From: Bugula neritina
Taxonomy: Eukaryota; Animalia; Bryozoa
NCBI GenBank assembly: GCA_964035545.1
Contig: OZ037765.1
Span: forward strand, 25,357,504 to 25,421,503
DNA: 64,000 nucleotides
Direction of reading: 5' to 3'
This document shows, piece after piece, positions 13,201 to 26,021 of this stretch. How positions within the stretch are numbered: the first letter of the stretch is position 1; the number at the start of each line of letters is the position of its first letter. A program made the position numbers and the translations under genes. The notes beneath the pieces were generated by a model. It worked only from the letters and a program-made list of their open reading frames with translations, was not told where the DNA came from and ran no database searches.

Positions 13201-16200
13201 AGCTATATTCAAAGGCTGTAGCTACCGTATAATATAGGCTAATATTGCATCAAGTTATATTGAACGGTATTTTGCACTATATTTTATTGAGTTCAAATAC
13301 AACTTTCATATAAGTAATTGAATATACCGCAAATACAAGTTTGTTTTAAGGAAGTATTTAGTTTTATCGTCTCATCCTAGATTATATTTTACGTAGAAAT
13401 TAGATAAACAGGTTATCAATTACACTAGTGATAGATAATTTGGTGTGCAAGTAGAATAAACTGTAGACTATAGAGGCCTGTTTTTAGTGTTACTAAAAAT
13501 AAGCACAATAATATTTAAAAATAGCTTTTACATATCTTTTGTAGCATGTTGTGTTTATTAAGGTTGCTTTATAACTTTTCCTAGTATTGAAAATATGGAT
13601 TATAATATTATGACTCTTCATTCTTTACTCTTGTATATCCTTTTACCTTGATGTGTGTTTATCTTGACTAGAGCACCACTGAGAGCATATAATGGGGAGA
13701 CGGTAATGCTGGAACTTCCAACGGGCATGACACTTTCTGATTACAAGTATATTGCCGTAGGCAACAAAACAACTAAAGTAATTGCATAAAATAATTTCTA
13801 CTTTGCTGTATATGAAAATAGCCTACTATTTATTAATAAAATGAATGTCAAGAATGTTGTAATTTGGATGTTTAATAAGGTTCCATAAACTATATGTGTT
13901 GAATATCCAACTGTTCTACACACTCGGCAACAGTAACTGGAAGTGTCATATTACAGCGGATTGTTTATCATTTAATTTAAGTTGTGCAATTTCAGGGAAG
14001 CTTGTTGCATACATTTCATATCATGAAGTATTAAAACGGACTCTTGCAGTCAACACATGACTCTACATATATTGCGTATCACTTTTTATTGAGAAATATG
14101 GAAGTAAACTGTTTTAATTAACAGGAGCTCTATGGTGGTGCAGATATCCCCAATGGTTTCAGTGCACCAGCACCGCAGAATGTCGGAAGGTTTTCTAACC
14201 TGGCTCATGGTGTTGCTTCTGGGGAAGTTACGGTGCTGAATGATAGAATGATTTCTATCAAAGCATTTCGGTATGATGGACAGGGCCCTGGTAAGTTATT
14301 TAGTTACTATTAGCTATGACTTATGCTTTGTTCTCATGATATTTAAATTTATTGTTGGTATATAAGGAAATAGAATGACTTGCATTTCGGTTTTGCACTA
14401 TATTTTATACTGTAAATGTAGCACATTGCCACGGCAACTATACAGGGTTTTATGGTGACATCTGGATATAAATTATAGGATTAAGTGTTCACATGATAAT
14501 CCCTGTACATTGCTCCTCATTTCCTTTTATACCATGTATTTTCTAACTTATATTTTTTAACTTTGTTCTATGCATTGTACTATTTCTATGTATTACTCTT
14601 GAAGATGCATTCTTCTACGTTGGCACTACCAGTAATGTCGCGGGTGGGCAAAGATCGCCATATGGTAAAATACCTGATGAAAATGGAAACAGGTTAGGAA
14701 GTTTTCCTATGAACAACTATTGTTCTTTGTTCAAGTTTATGTCACAAGAGTAAAATTTCGATGCACATTTTAAATAATTGTTGTTATTTGTATTGATTGT
14801 AAGTTGGTTCATTTTAAAGTTTTTTTAAGTGAGCATTAAAAATTGTACAGGCATTGAATTAAAATTGAACTTGACATATTGCATATCACTTATTATTTAG
14901 ACATAATAAGTAAACCTATTCAATTAACAGGGAATTTAGAATTAAAATTGAAATCTTTATTTTAGTCGAACCAAAGCTAAAGCCTACTCTGATAGGGATA
15001 TTGTGCTCACCCTACCCAACACCATGTCTGTTACTGATCTCAAGTGGCTCAGCATGTTCTGTATTTCTTATGCTCATGACTTTGGAAATGTTAAATTTCC
15101 TGCTAACTTGAACGTACCTCCCTACTCTGAGATTGGTAAGTATGGAATAGTTGTTTGTAAGGTTTGAGCTAATATCTGTTTACTAAATATGTGATGTTTT
15201 GATTGTATGTAACAAAATGCCAGCTTAATTCACCTGAGGCTAGGTTTTGGTTTCTGTTGATAGAACCAGGGAAGGTATCTGAGAAAAATGGGTTTTTTAG
15301 TGTTCTGCATCTAAAAGGCTTGCTAGAAAATGCCTTCACATACTCAATTACCCTTGTGCTATCTCAATAATACTTTTTTTTGGTTGTTATTCAGTCGCAA
15401 ATGTATTGTAGACATGGATCATAGTGGAATGCATTACTATAATAAATAGATATAAATTGCACTGGAATGTAATAACTGTATTACTATAACTGTAGATATA
15501 GATCGGAATGGAATGAATTGTGAGAAGTTGGATGATGATTTACAAGTATCGTGGTTGATTGAAGGCGATGTGATAACTATAGAGTTGGCTGGCAATATTG
15601 GTAGGTTGTCTTGTATATCAACAGTGACTTCAGGTGATCGGTAATCTTTGAACGCAATGCATACTTGTGTGCAATATTACGGCTTAATTGCCTTCTTCTG
15701 GTGGCTAATGTTTGTTATTAATCAGTCTTTAGTCAACTGTAGTTTGATATTTGAATTTTCTCACCACTCAATTCCATTATGCTGTCAGGTTTTCCAGGTG
15801 CTACAATGTAACCCTGAGTCTATTTTATTACTTTTTAAATTTCGTCAAGCAGATGGTTTTTGAAATTTATTCACACATTTTCAACAACATGTTTTGAGAT
15901 TGTATCAGTTTTAGTAAATAGTGATTTTGTACTTTTAAATTAATAGTTTTCATCAACATCAGTTATAATAAAGAATAATTTGCTGTGAATTCAGTTTTAT
16001 TTTAGCAGCTAGCAATTTTAAACTGATATAGAAAATATTGTGTGTTTATTTACTACGCTATGATATTGTGTTCACGCCTGTGTTGCAGATCGTAATAAAG
16101 ACTATATGGCTTTTGGTTTGAGTGGAAGTGAAACTGCTACAGCAATGATCAATGCTGATGTTGTTGTCGCTGATTTTCGAGATAATGATATGCCGAGAGC

Positions 16201-19200
16201 AATTGATTACCACCTCACATCTTACGCGCAGGTTTGATCTTTTTAGGCTGGCTCTATGTCTAATTTAAGAAGTTTATGGCAGAATTTTTTGTAACAATTA
16301 TTACTGTTGACTCTTGGAGTTATGATTAATATTGCGTTCAATGTTTAATGTCTCTTTGGCCAGTGTGCTGGAAATGGTGGTGCTTGTCCAGATACGAGCA
16401 GTTCTAATGGCGCTGCCGACGATGTCATGACTGTCACTGGCCAGGTGACGAATGGAATTACTCGAGTCAAGTATCAGCGAGCTCTTACTACAGGTATGGT
16501 TGCGCTATTTTATTGACTTAAGGTGGTCACCCAACATCGTGTAGGAAAAGTTCTTGCAGTTTTGACTTCTGAAAAAGTCAGTTGTTGAAAATTGGAATTT
16601 TCTTCTTTTTTAGCAACTAGCACATCTCGGAGTTTTCGTTTAAACAGGTTTATTACTTTGTTAGTCTGTTTTAATATAACAAGTTGAGTTGCTAGTGTTT
16701 CTCAACTAAAGTTCAAAATAAAAAATGATTATTCATAATAGTAAATTTTCAACTCTTTTGCCAGCTTGTTAGTTTTTGCTTAATTTTATTGAAGTGTGAG
16801 TTTTGCAATAATTTTGTTCCCACCTCACATTGCTTATTTCCCAACTGCTCTGTGAATGGTGTATGACTTTAATTCTATAAGATCTCACTTTAATACAGGT
16901 GATGTCGGTGCTAATAAGGACAAAGTGTTCAAAGTAGACGGCTCCCAGCAGACTATCGTTTGGGCTATTGGTCCACTCAACACTAAAATGGAAGCTGCAA
17001 AGCATTACAACGGAAAACGTCAATCAAGTATGTTGTTTGGAAACTATTGTAATTGTCAGCCAAGGTGAAAAGTTTTAATTAGAATTTTATGTCCTGAATT
17101 TTAGGTTATTCACATGTCTTCCTATTTGTTATGTTGTAATGCTTGCTAAAAATGGACATTACACTTCCTATTTAAAACTTATCAATTTATAATTTATGGA
17201 TTTTTAGTATTTTATCTGTATCCATGTTTTTAGTTTCTATCCTTCCTTTACTTGTGGTAAACACATGTCATTATTGTTTTATAAACAAACATTTATTAAC
17301 CTAAATAAATTTATGAACATGTAATGGTTGGTTACAGCAACAACTCCTGCTAAGATCAATTTCAACAGAACCGTAGCTGACAACTGTCCTAGTTTTGTGG
17401 TGTTAGATGACGTGGAACTGCCAGATTTTCAACCTCATCATCTGTATGGTGAAGAGGGAACCGTTTTTACGGTAGAAATTGGTCAGGCAGGTTCTGAACA
17501 GGGATACAAGGCTCTAACAGGTATATCTAGTTATTAAATTACGGATACATACTTACTTAGGTGATAAACTTTAGAAAAAAAACTTATTTTAGTGTAAAAA
17601 CATTCTTGAGATACTAACAAGAATGTTTTTTGTTAGTGTCTCAATAAAGTGCTTTAATTCTATTGATAATCTTGTTGCCCATTCCATAGCTTTTTCCGTC
17701 AGCGTTTTAGTAGGTTTTAGAATATTTGCTCTTTGGCCCTGATATCGACACGGTTGCAAGTAGTCAGCTACAACTGTAGTACAAATTATGTTATTTCAAA
17801 GTTGCTGATTTTGCTGTGTAATGAGTCAGTACCAACTGGTGCAAAGACCTGTTATCTTTATTACATGCCAATTGGGCATGTCCACAAATCTAGAAATTTT
17901 ACATGTTCGAGCATATCAATATGTGTTTTTTTCATTGGAGGAGTTCTTCTTAATAAAACATATTGTATTTAAACACTTAGTGGCAAATATTGACTATATT
18001 CTCTATAATAAAAAAACTCCGTTTATCTACTAAATGCATCGATTGGCTATGCGTCTTGTATTTATAAAATGAAATCTTGAAAGATAAAGTTTAATTTTGA
18101 TATAGACACATTCAGCTTTATTGGCTGTACATTTTTGTATTTCTAAAAACTTCCTAAATGTTATACAGTTTTGTTAATTTTGATATCTGTTGCATTCTAG
18201 GTTTACCATCATGGGGCATTGCATGGTATGTCAATGGTATACTGATACCAGAGTTGCATCTGAAAAGAGGCGTGTCTTACACATTCAGGGTCGGTGGGGG
18301 TACTGACCCTAAGGAGGGCTCTAAGTATCACCCCCTTTACTTCACTAATGATGTAGAAGGTGGATTTAACCAGGTTAGCAGATTTCATATTTGCTCTGTT
18401 GTTTGAAATTATAGCGGTAGTTGTCATACATCTGTCACAAATGACAGCATTTAGCTTTTCCAATCGGCATCTATGGTGTCTCTGACATAGTAGTTTCTTT
18501 AGATGTGAGATAGTGACATGGTGGTGGCACGCATCTAGTTTGCATCTCTAGCCGGGCTGGCTTCTAAAAACAAACCGGTTCAATATTGGAGTTTTTTAGA
18601 TCCCATTTAATGACCTCCTTGAACCTAAGTCGTGGTCTTCCGGTGTGGTGATTGTTCCTCCATCAGTAGTAGGATATATAGATTACTTAGTTAGTTAGAG
18701 ACAATCTAGCTCTGTAATAAAACAACAATGTTTTATTTTAGACTGGCAATGGTACAATATATCCAGGAAAAGTTGATGGTAATGCAATGCAATATGCAGG
18801 CAAGTGTTTTATCATAATTTCCAGCATAGTATGTTTTGTTATAAGGGATTGTCTATTTATATAGTTTTCAACTGTATTATTCTCCAAACTAAATAAAATA
18901 AGGGTGTTTTACTAAAAAATTGTGTTGATCAATTTTCAAAACTCTGCTGATGAAATGTAGAAGCAAAAGCCAAGAGTTGTGTTATTTCTATTGACATGAT
19001 ATTAAGTGTAAATTGACTTATTGAGATTTAAAAAAATGCCTTTGCTATTGTTAGGAAGTTGCTTTTTGGTGCTTAGTCTATTGCATTATATGTAGTAAGA
19101 CTACTTTATTTCTAAAGATGCGTTTATACCTTCACCCTAACCCCAGTTAACAAAATTATTATATAAACCATTATTATCATTCTAGTTGCTAACTTAATGA

Positions 19201-19982
19201 AAAATAATTTCATAGCTGTGCTTTGATATTTGCAATTTTTTAAATTTCAATACCAGGTTTTTAAGCAAGGAACACCCAACAATTCTTCTAGGTAATTTTG
19301 TGTCATTTTTAAATAGCAGTGAGAAAAAGGTATAATTTTCATTTTATCTGATAGCAGTTTTAAGGAACACCTATTTTGATGAGCGTTATTCAGCTACAAA
19401 AAGCTCTTGCTGTACATAATAACTTGAGAAAATATGTACGCAATGTTTTTCATGTGCCGAAAATGTCTTTTATATAGCTTTGTAAGTCCAAACTGTGTCT
19501 GATTGATTTTTTTGTATTTATTAAACAGTTGGGGGTTACTGTGAGTGGAAGTTAAGAAGCAGTGCAGTAGCTAAGCTCGATTCTGGATTTATATACCCAT
19601 GTTTTGAAACTTTCCAAAAGGATTTATATCTGGATTGTGATAACACTGGCGAATACACTGATTTTGTGTTCACTCCAGATAGCTCTACACCAGATCTTCT
19701 CTACTATCAGGTAAAGCCATGTTTATCCTCTACTATGTGATAGTAATCATCAGTTGTGTTCACAGAAATACAAGCCCATCATCTCATAGTAATACTGTCT
19801 TGGATATTCATTTCTAGTGTTACACGCATAAGAGTTTGGGATGGAAAGTGCACATTTATGATGAGCTGCCAACGAAAAGAATTGCAGACATTCCTTGCCT
19901 TGCTGAAAGTTTCGCTACTTGTTCTTCAGTTTCCATCAGTTTGTTGATATTATTTGCATTGCTTAATTTACTATTTGTATGA
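10204..19982 (+). CDS. Knickkopf/Skeletor-like protein, copy 1 (signal peptide, 2x DM13, DOMON, cupredoxin-like domain, GPI signal; ~710 aa)
   Basis: 16 exons: 10204-10291, 11700-11846, 13021-13120, 13672-13777, 14125-14290, 14605-14692, 14966-15135, 15496-15600, 16089-16231, 16364-16493, 16899-17027, 17338-17520, 18201-18373, 18742-18799 (GC donor), 19529-19710, 19818-19982; 2133 nt in frame. Motifs: YYGKLI, FRYDGQGPDAFFYVG, KWLSMFC..DFG (DM13); YMAFGLSG..MINADVVV, IVWAIGP..AKHY (DOMON); WGIAWYVNGILIPEL, YHPLYFT, TPDLLYYQCYTHKSLGWKV; hydrophobic C-terminus. Confidence 0.92.
12115..12140. repeat. (TA)n microsatellite
   Basis: Direct TA run in an intron. Confidence 0.95.
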
Positions 19983-20803
19983 AATATTCTAAAACTTTCA
20001 TACTAACTTCATGTGTATTTTATGTTTGTGCAACTAATTTGTGTTTTTTTATACTCCATTGTTTTTTCTTACTTATCAAAAGTTAATTTTTGTTGTATTG
20101 TGTATTAATTTTCTGTGATGCAAATTCAAGTTATTTTATGTTACAATAGTTTATAAAAGCAATATAATATCTTTATTTTTCTAATGACTCACCTATTGAT
20201 TCATGCAACTAGACTCTCAATTTATTTTTGAGAGTCTACGTTTACAATTTTTATTTGAATGAACTCTATTTTTCTTTATTGAATGCTGTCATTTATTAAT
20301 AAATGTATATATAAATTTATTTTATTAAGTTTATTACCCATTTATGAATAAAAACATTATATTTAGTAGTGTTACTAATTGGTTTGAAGGCAATTATATC
20401 GGATATTAGGATAGTACCCAAAACATCGAACTGTTACAATTGCTATCACAAAGATGAAATTATACTGATAACTAAACACATTTAAATATTGAAAAAATGT
20501 TGTGTATTCAGTAAGAATACTGATGCATTTTGTATGACATTTGTTGAAGTTTTGCAGGTATTTTGTAAAAAATATTTACTTTTTGCATGTACATAATTGT
20601 ACATAACACATAGTTGTTGACCTAGCCAATCAGAGTGCGCTAACATAGCCAATCATATATATATACATATATATATATATATTATGTGCCTCACCCTGCA
20701 CAGATTAGGCAAGCAGTAGTTCATAAAGAAATTAGTCACTATATATAGAGTATTACTATATTACATGCTATCGTATATTGTATACACTGTAATATAAAGT
20801 ATT

Positions 20804-20907
20804 TGTGTCTGTATGTGTGTGTCTATGTGTGTGTGTGTCTGTGTGTGTGTGTCTGTGTGTGTGTGTGTCTGTGTGTGTGCGTGCGTGCATGCATGCGCGC
20901 GTGTGTG
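20804..20907. repeat. (GT)n / (GTGTGTCT)-type compound microsatellite
   Basis: Direct. It explains the spurious VC-rich and TH-rich ORFs at 20768-21010. Confidence 0.97.
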
Positions 20908-23900
20908 GGTGTTTGTGTGCTATAGCATTATGACCAATCTCCTCATGCATGAACTACTGTTTGCTGAATTTAATTTGTGTAAGGTAACATGCAACAATGT
21001 TTATGATTAAGACATCAAATGTTGAAAAGCTGCTAATCCAGAGAAACTCTCAAGAAAATAGATGGACTTTCAAACTCTGATGAATTTTCATCTCTTCATG
21101 CAATAGCAATAAGAGCTCAGTTGAAAAGTCACTATTATTATTTATAAAAACATATTTCTGTAACATAAGATCCCTTTTTGTAGGTTAATAATATATGGGT
21201 GCTTCCATTATGTTTGCAGCTTGTAAAAGTAAAGACTTTTTGCTAATAATATCAAAGTTATTATATAGTAGTCAAACATGCAATAGTGAATGTTCACTTT
21301 AATAAGAGTTGCACCTTCATGGAGTATAAGAGAAGCAACTCTCAACTATGATTGCTTTAAATTTTAGAACAATATTATTATATTATATTATATTCACTGC
21401 ACTAGAAATAATAGGTTTTGTTTTCCAGTTCATTGATTATAATAATATTATCAAGGTTATTGGTAAGTACTATAGAGTTGTCTTTCTTGATGAGCGAAGA
21501 TAAACTTGAGGTAGTGCGCAATTAATTTCTACATAGAGCGAACTTGTCGTCTGCTTTATGTAAATCAACTAGTGATACTATTACTATGAAGTATAAGCAT
21601 TGCTCTTGAATGTCTGTTACTATTAGTATCAGTGATTTAACTGTTTTAAATATAGTGTAACCATCTGTACTATACTCATACTTCGACTGATACTGAAGCC
21701 CATCAATTTTAATTTTAAATAAAGCTATAAGTATAATAATATTGAATTTAATTACTAATAATTATCATCTTGACTTTTCTTGATTTTAGTCTCTTATAAT
21801 TATTAATAATAATTATATAGTTATATTAAATTTAATATAAAACATCTTGATCTTGCACTTGCATTTTAAAATTTATTATTAATATTTGATCAGGATGTAA
21901 AAATAGCAAAATTATAATTTAATTTTAATTTAGTTCAAGTTTTGCTAGTTCAATTGTTTTTGCTTAATCATAATGATAATCATAATGATAATTATAATGG
22001 TTGTCATGATCACTGTGAATAGCCATAGTAATTCTACTTCTAGGTATCTGTATTTACCAATTTGCACAGTCATATGTTTTGGTGCATCTGAATTATAATG
22101 ATATATTTCTTTTTAACAAGGGAACACTTACCTAGCAAAAAATGGGAATTTTTATATTACTTTCTATCTAAAGGTATTCACTGGGAATATTATGCAAAAC
22201 CAGTTCAGTAATTTTAAACTTCATGAGAGGTCTAGTACTGAGGTTAGCTGTAATGGTTGCTATAGTATCAAGACCGAGAATGTAAACAGTAAATTATTTG
22301 CCCAAGCACAGACTTACATTTTTATAAATCAGGCAAAAAAAGATTGTATTCAGTGTGAACTAAATAAAGTAAGGTGACCTACCTGCAAGCTAATTCTGAA
22401 GATACTATCCGGATTCAAGACTGCTGTCAATTTTAAACCATATCTACAACAGACTGCAATAGCTTTTGTAATCATCTTGGAAATTTAGTGATCCATGTAA
22501 ATGCAGTTTGATCCTTTTATGACTGTATATCAACAAATTCTTCAATTAAAGTAACTTTTTTCATGTCTCTGTAACATAGCTGATTTTGGTTGGGATTTTA
22601 TTTTTCTTGACAAAAGAAATGAATTAGTGATAAGTTATAGACATAGAGTTGAATAGTAATATATCTTTGATGATAATATTGATAGAATATTGATAGAAAT
22701 ATTTCTTATGCCTGCATAAGCAGTCTGTACATAATCCGATAATGCTTACAGAACATATTGTTTTCATTGAATAATATCTACAATCTACATATTATGTTAT
22801 TTACCTGTCTGTGTAGGCATTATTTTATTGTTTTTCAACAAACACAACAGTTTATTGCTTCATAAAATGCTACTCTTTGTTCCTAAATCTAAGCATTATG
22901 TTGCATTACTATAGCCCATTTAGTATATACTAGATTCTAGAGGGAAAGTACAAACCTGTAGGTCACATCAACTTAAGCTAGTATGTTTTGAAACTTATGT
23001 AGGTGTGTTTATATAACAGAATTTATAGATAAGATTTTAAAGTACATTATAATTAAAAATAAGAATTTTAAATAGTTGTATATGCTTAAGCATGCAATAT
23101 GTATGTATAAACGCTTATAATACTTATCTTTTGTCTACAAATTTGTTTAATTTACAAAAATAAAAATTCCAAAAATCAATTAGGAATTTAAAACTTGACA
23201 CTGAAAGCTGGTAAGCAGCCAAGTTATGAGAACTACAATGTTAATTTCTGAAACTATAATATAGTCTCATAGTGGATAAAGCTCACATTAATTTAAGTAA
23301 ATAACTAATTAAGCATAACAATTTCATCACTGCTCAATAAATTTAGTGGCTCTTGAAAATTGTTTTCGCAGAAAGTAATAATTATTTTGACCCATCAGAA
23401 TACAGGTGGTTTAAAATTTAGAAAGATATTTGCATTGCTTTGCAAAACAGTATATAGGCATAGTCATCTCAAAATTGTGACCAATTTCTCACAAATATTT
23501 TAATTAATTATTTCACCTTTAACCTAACAAGCATGTCACTTTAAAAGATGTTTGTCTCAAAATAGGTTCATTCTAACCAGGTAAAAATCTCCAGTATTAT
23601 TAATTTATCTTTCTGTGTGAGAAAAACAGCCTATTTTATAATTATTGTAATTGGCTCAACAATCGTTTGTCATTTAACACTATTCTGTGTTATTGGATTA
23701 TTCGTTCTAACTAACCTAGCATCTTGTACATTGTAAAAATATAGTCTATGGTAAAAAAAGGTGAAACCCTTGAAAGCTACCCAATAATGTATTAAAATAT
23801 AATAAATTTGCCCTTTAATAGCAGGATTAATTTTTCTAACGATAATATCTTTCCAAAAAGTAGAACCCTGAATTACATGCTTTTAAAAAATAAAAAACTC

Positions 23901-25955
23901 TGACCAGTAAAGAACCCTTCAGTTACCCAAGCTGCAGTAGCCATTCAATTAATTTATTGCTGGCAGCAATTCGAATTCGAATTCAACATAATATAGTCAT
24001 TTATAGCTGTTACATAAATTGAGAGAGGAATTATATTGATTTAAAATATTATGTTTTTACAATTGCATATTGTAGAATGTATATCACAAACTTTTTAATT
24101 TGTTTTGTGAGCTTATTTAGTCAAACCACAAAACTTTTCAAACTTTACTATAGTTGTACTGCACAATCTTTGTTTTATAATAAGATGAATAATTAATGCA
24201 AAGTTACTGCCTATCATAGTATAAGTTAGTATACTGTAAAGTCATTATTAATCAGCTTATGAAAATGTAACGGTATATTATCAAATATACCGTAGGGCTT
24301 TTAATAAAAATGCAGATTAATTATTGCTTTAATGCTAAAATCCGATTGCACCACTGAAGTTTTAGCAGGTGTCCTGTTAAATAGGTTAGGTAACCTGTTC
24401 CTAGATCAACTGCTCATTCTACTTAACTGAATGTGAGACTTGCTCAATCTATTAAACCGAATGCAAGACTCGATCTAGGAGCTGTTTTCATAAGGCACTA
24501 TTCCTATGTCATCAAATTTTAGCTCTCATAACTGTTTTGTGTGATTTTAATTAGTAACTGTTGTATACTGTTAGTGATAAGTCTACTTTGACAATAGAAC
24601 AATCAATGCTCTTAAATATTATAAACTAATATAGAGTACTATGAAAATTCTATTATTTTGATAAAACTTTATCTGACTATAATTTGCTTTAATATAGCAT
24701 TATTATATTGATCCTTCAATATATGTAATAATTATATGTGAACAGTTCAATGTATTACCATACAGATGATATTGATGGTGCTTATAAATACAACCAAGTT
24801 ATTCTTTTGGCAGTGAGTTTTAATTTATGTTTAAATACCGTTTAAAACCCGGTTACAAATAATTACATAAATTAATATAACACAAAATAAATTAAATGAA
24901 CATTTTCTGATAATTTTTACAATCTTCATTAGAATTATGCATGCATAAGCTTTTTTATAGAAGACTTAGAAATTTAAAGACCATAAAACTAGTAAACATG
25001 CACTGTTAGTTGTTTTTGGAACCTTAAATAGTTCTGGGCTATTAAAACTTATTGTCAGTAGCATTTTAAAGACAAACATGTTCTTATAACTTGAATGAAT
25101 AACTGACAGTCTTTTGGGTAATCCAAAGGGTGTCATCCCACTTTGGTAAGAACAGCACGTTAGACAAAAACATAATTGATGAATAAACATATTTGATATT
25201 TTTTCTTATTATATTTTGGCTATCCTTTACCTTTAAGTTTGAGGTTTGTGAATGATGGCTTCTTATAGAAGCATTGTTACTGTACGTGGCTTGCTGATAG
25301 CTTCTTTGCTTTCTATTATGTGCTAAATAATAGCATAAAATGCATATATTACGCTAAAATCTATCAATATCGTCCAAGTGGGAATCGTCTAAGTGGGATG
25401 AAACCATTCAAAGGTCATTTTTGCAATATGGTTTGGAAGAATATATGTAAACTTATAAAGGAAATGTACCCCAAGAAGCCAATTTAGTAAAATTTTGAAC
25501 TGATGTAAATATTATCACCAGTCAACAAGTCAACTAATCTTGAAGCTTATCTGTGTTATCACTGCTCTATAATTAATAAATTATGTAGTCAAGTTGATGC
25601 TGTTGCAATGCCATTTTATTAAATATTATTTTTCCTTTAAAGTTGGTCATAACCCATTTCATATATATATAATATATATGTATACACTGAAGTCCACAAT
25701 TAAAAGTGTAAACAGCAGTGTTATCTATAGCGTGTTATCTAAGCTATCTCTGCTTCAAATTACAGGGTGTTTATATGTTATTGTCTATTTTACACTAGTG
25801 GTATTTGCTGACTCACAGTTGAAAGATTAAAACAAAAAAGCAACACATAATGACTAAGTGAATTTCTTCACATACGCTCTCTGTAGGCAGGATTAAATAT
25901 CTAATTACAACACTGTTGTCACTCCCAGGTCATAAATCAAATTGATTGCCTTTTG

Positions 25956-25989
25956 TATAAAACAAGAATGTATCTCAGCTTCTTCATTC
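25956..25989 (+). promoter_or_regulatory. TATA box plus initiator core promoter of Knk-like gene 2
   Basis: TATAAAA at 25956-25962 and Inr-like TCATTC at 25984-25989 (A at +30 from the TATA start), about 36 bp upstream of the ATG at 26022. Confidence 0.6.
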
Positions 25990-26021
25990 AAGCACAAGAC
26001 GCCCTACAGTAATCATCAACT

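Noticed and set aside
20624-20656. Paired AGCCAATCA (CCAAT) boxes as a promoter
   Set aside because: No adjacent exon was identifiable, and the motif is common in repeat debris next to microsatellites.
20768-21010. VC-rich and TH-rich ORFs
   Set aside because: Translations of a GT microsatellite.
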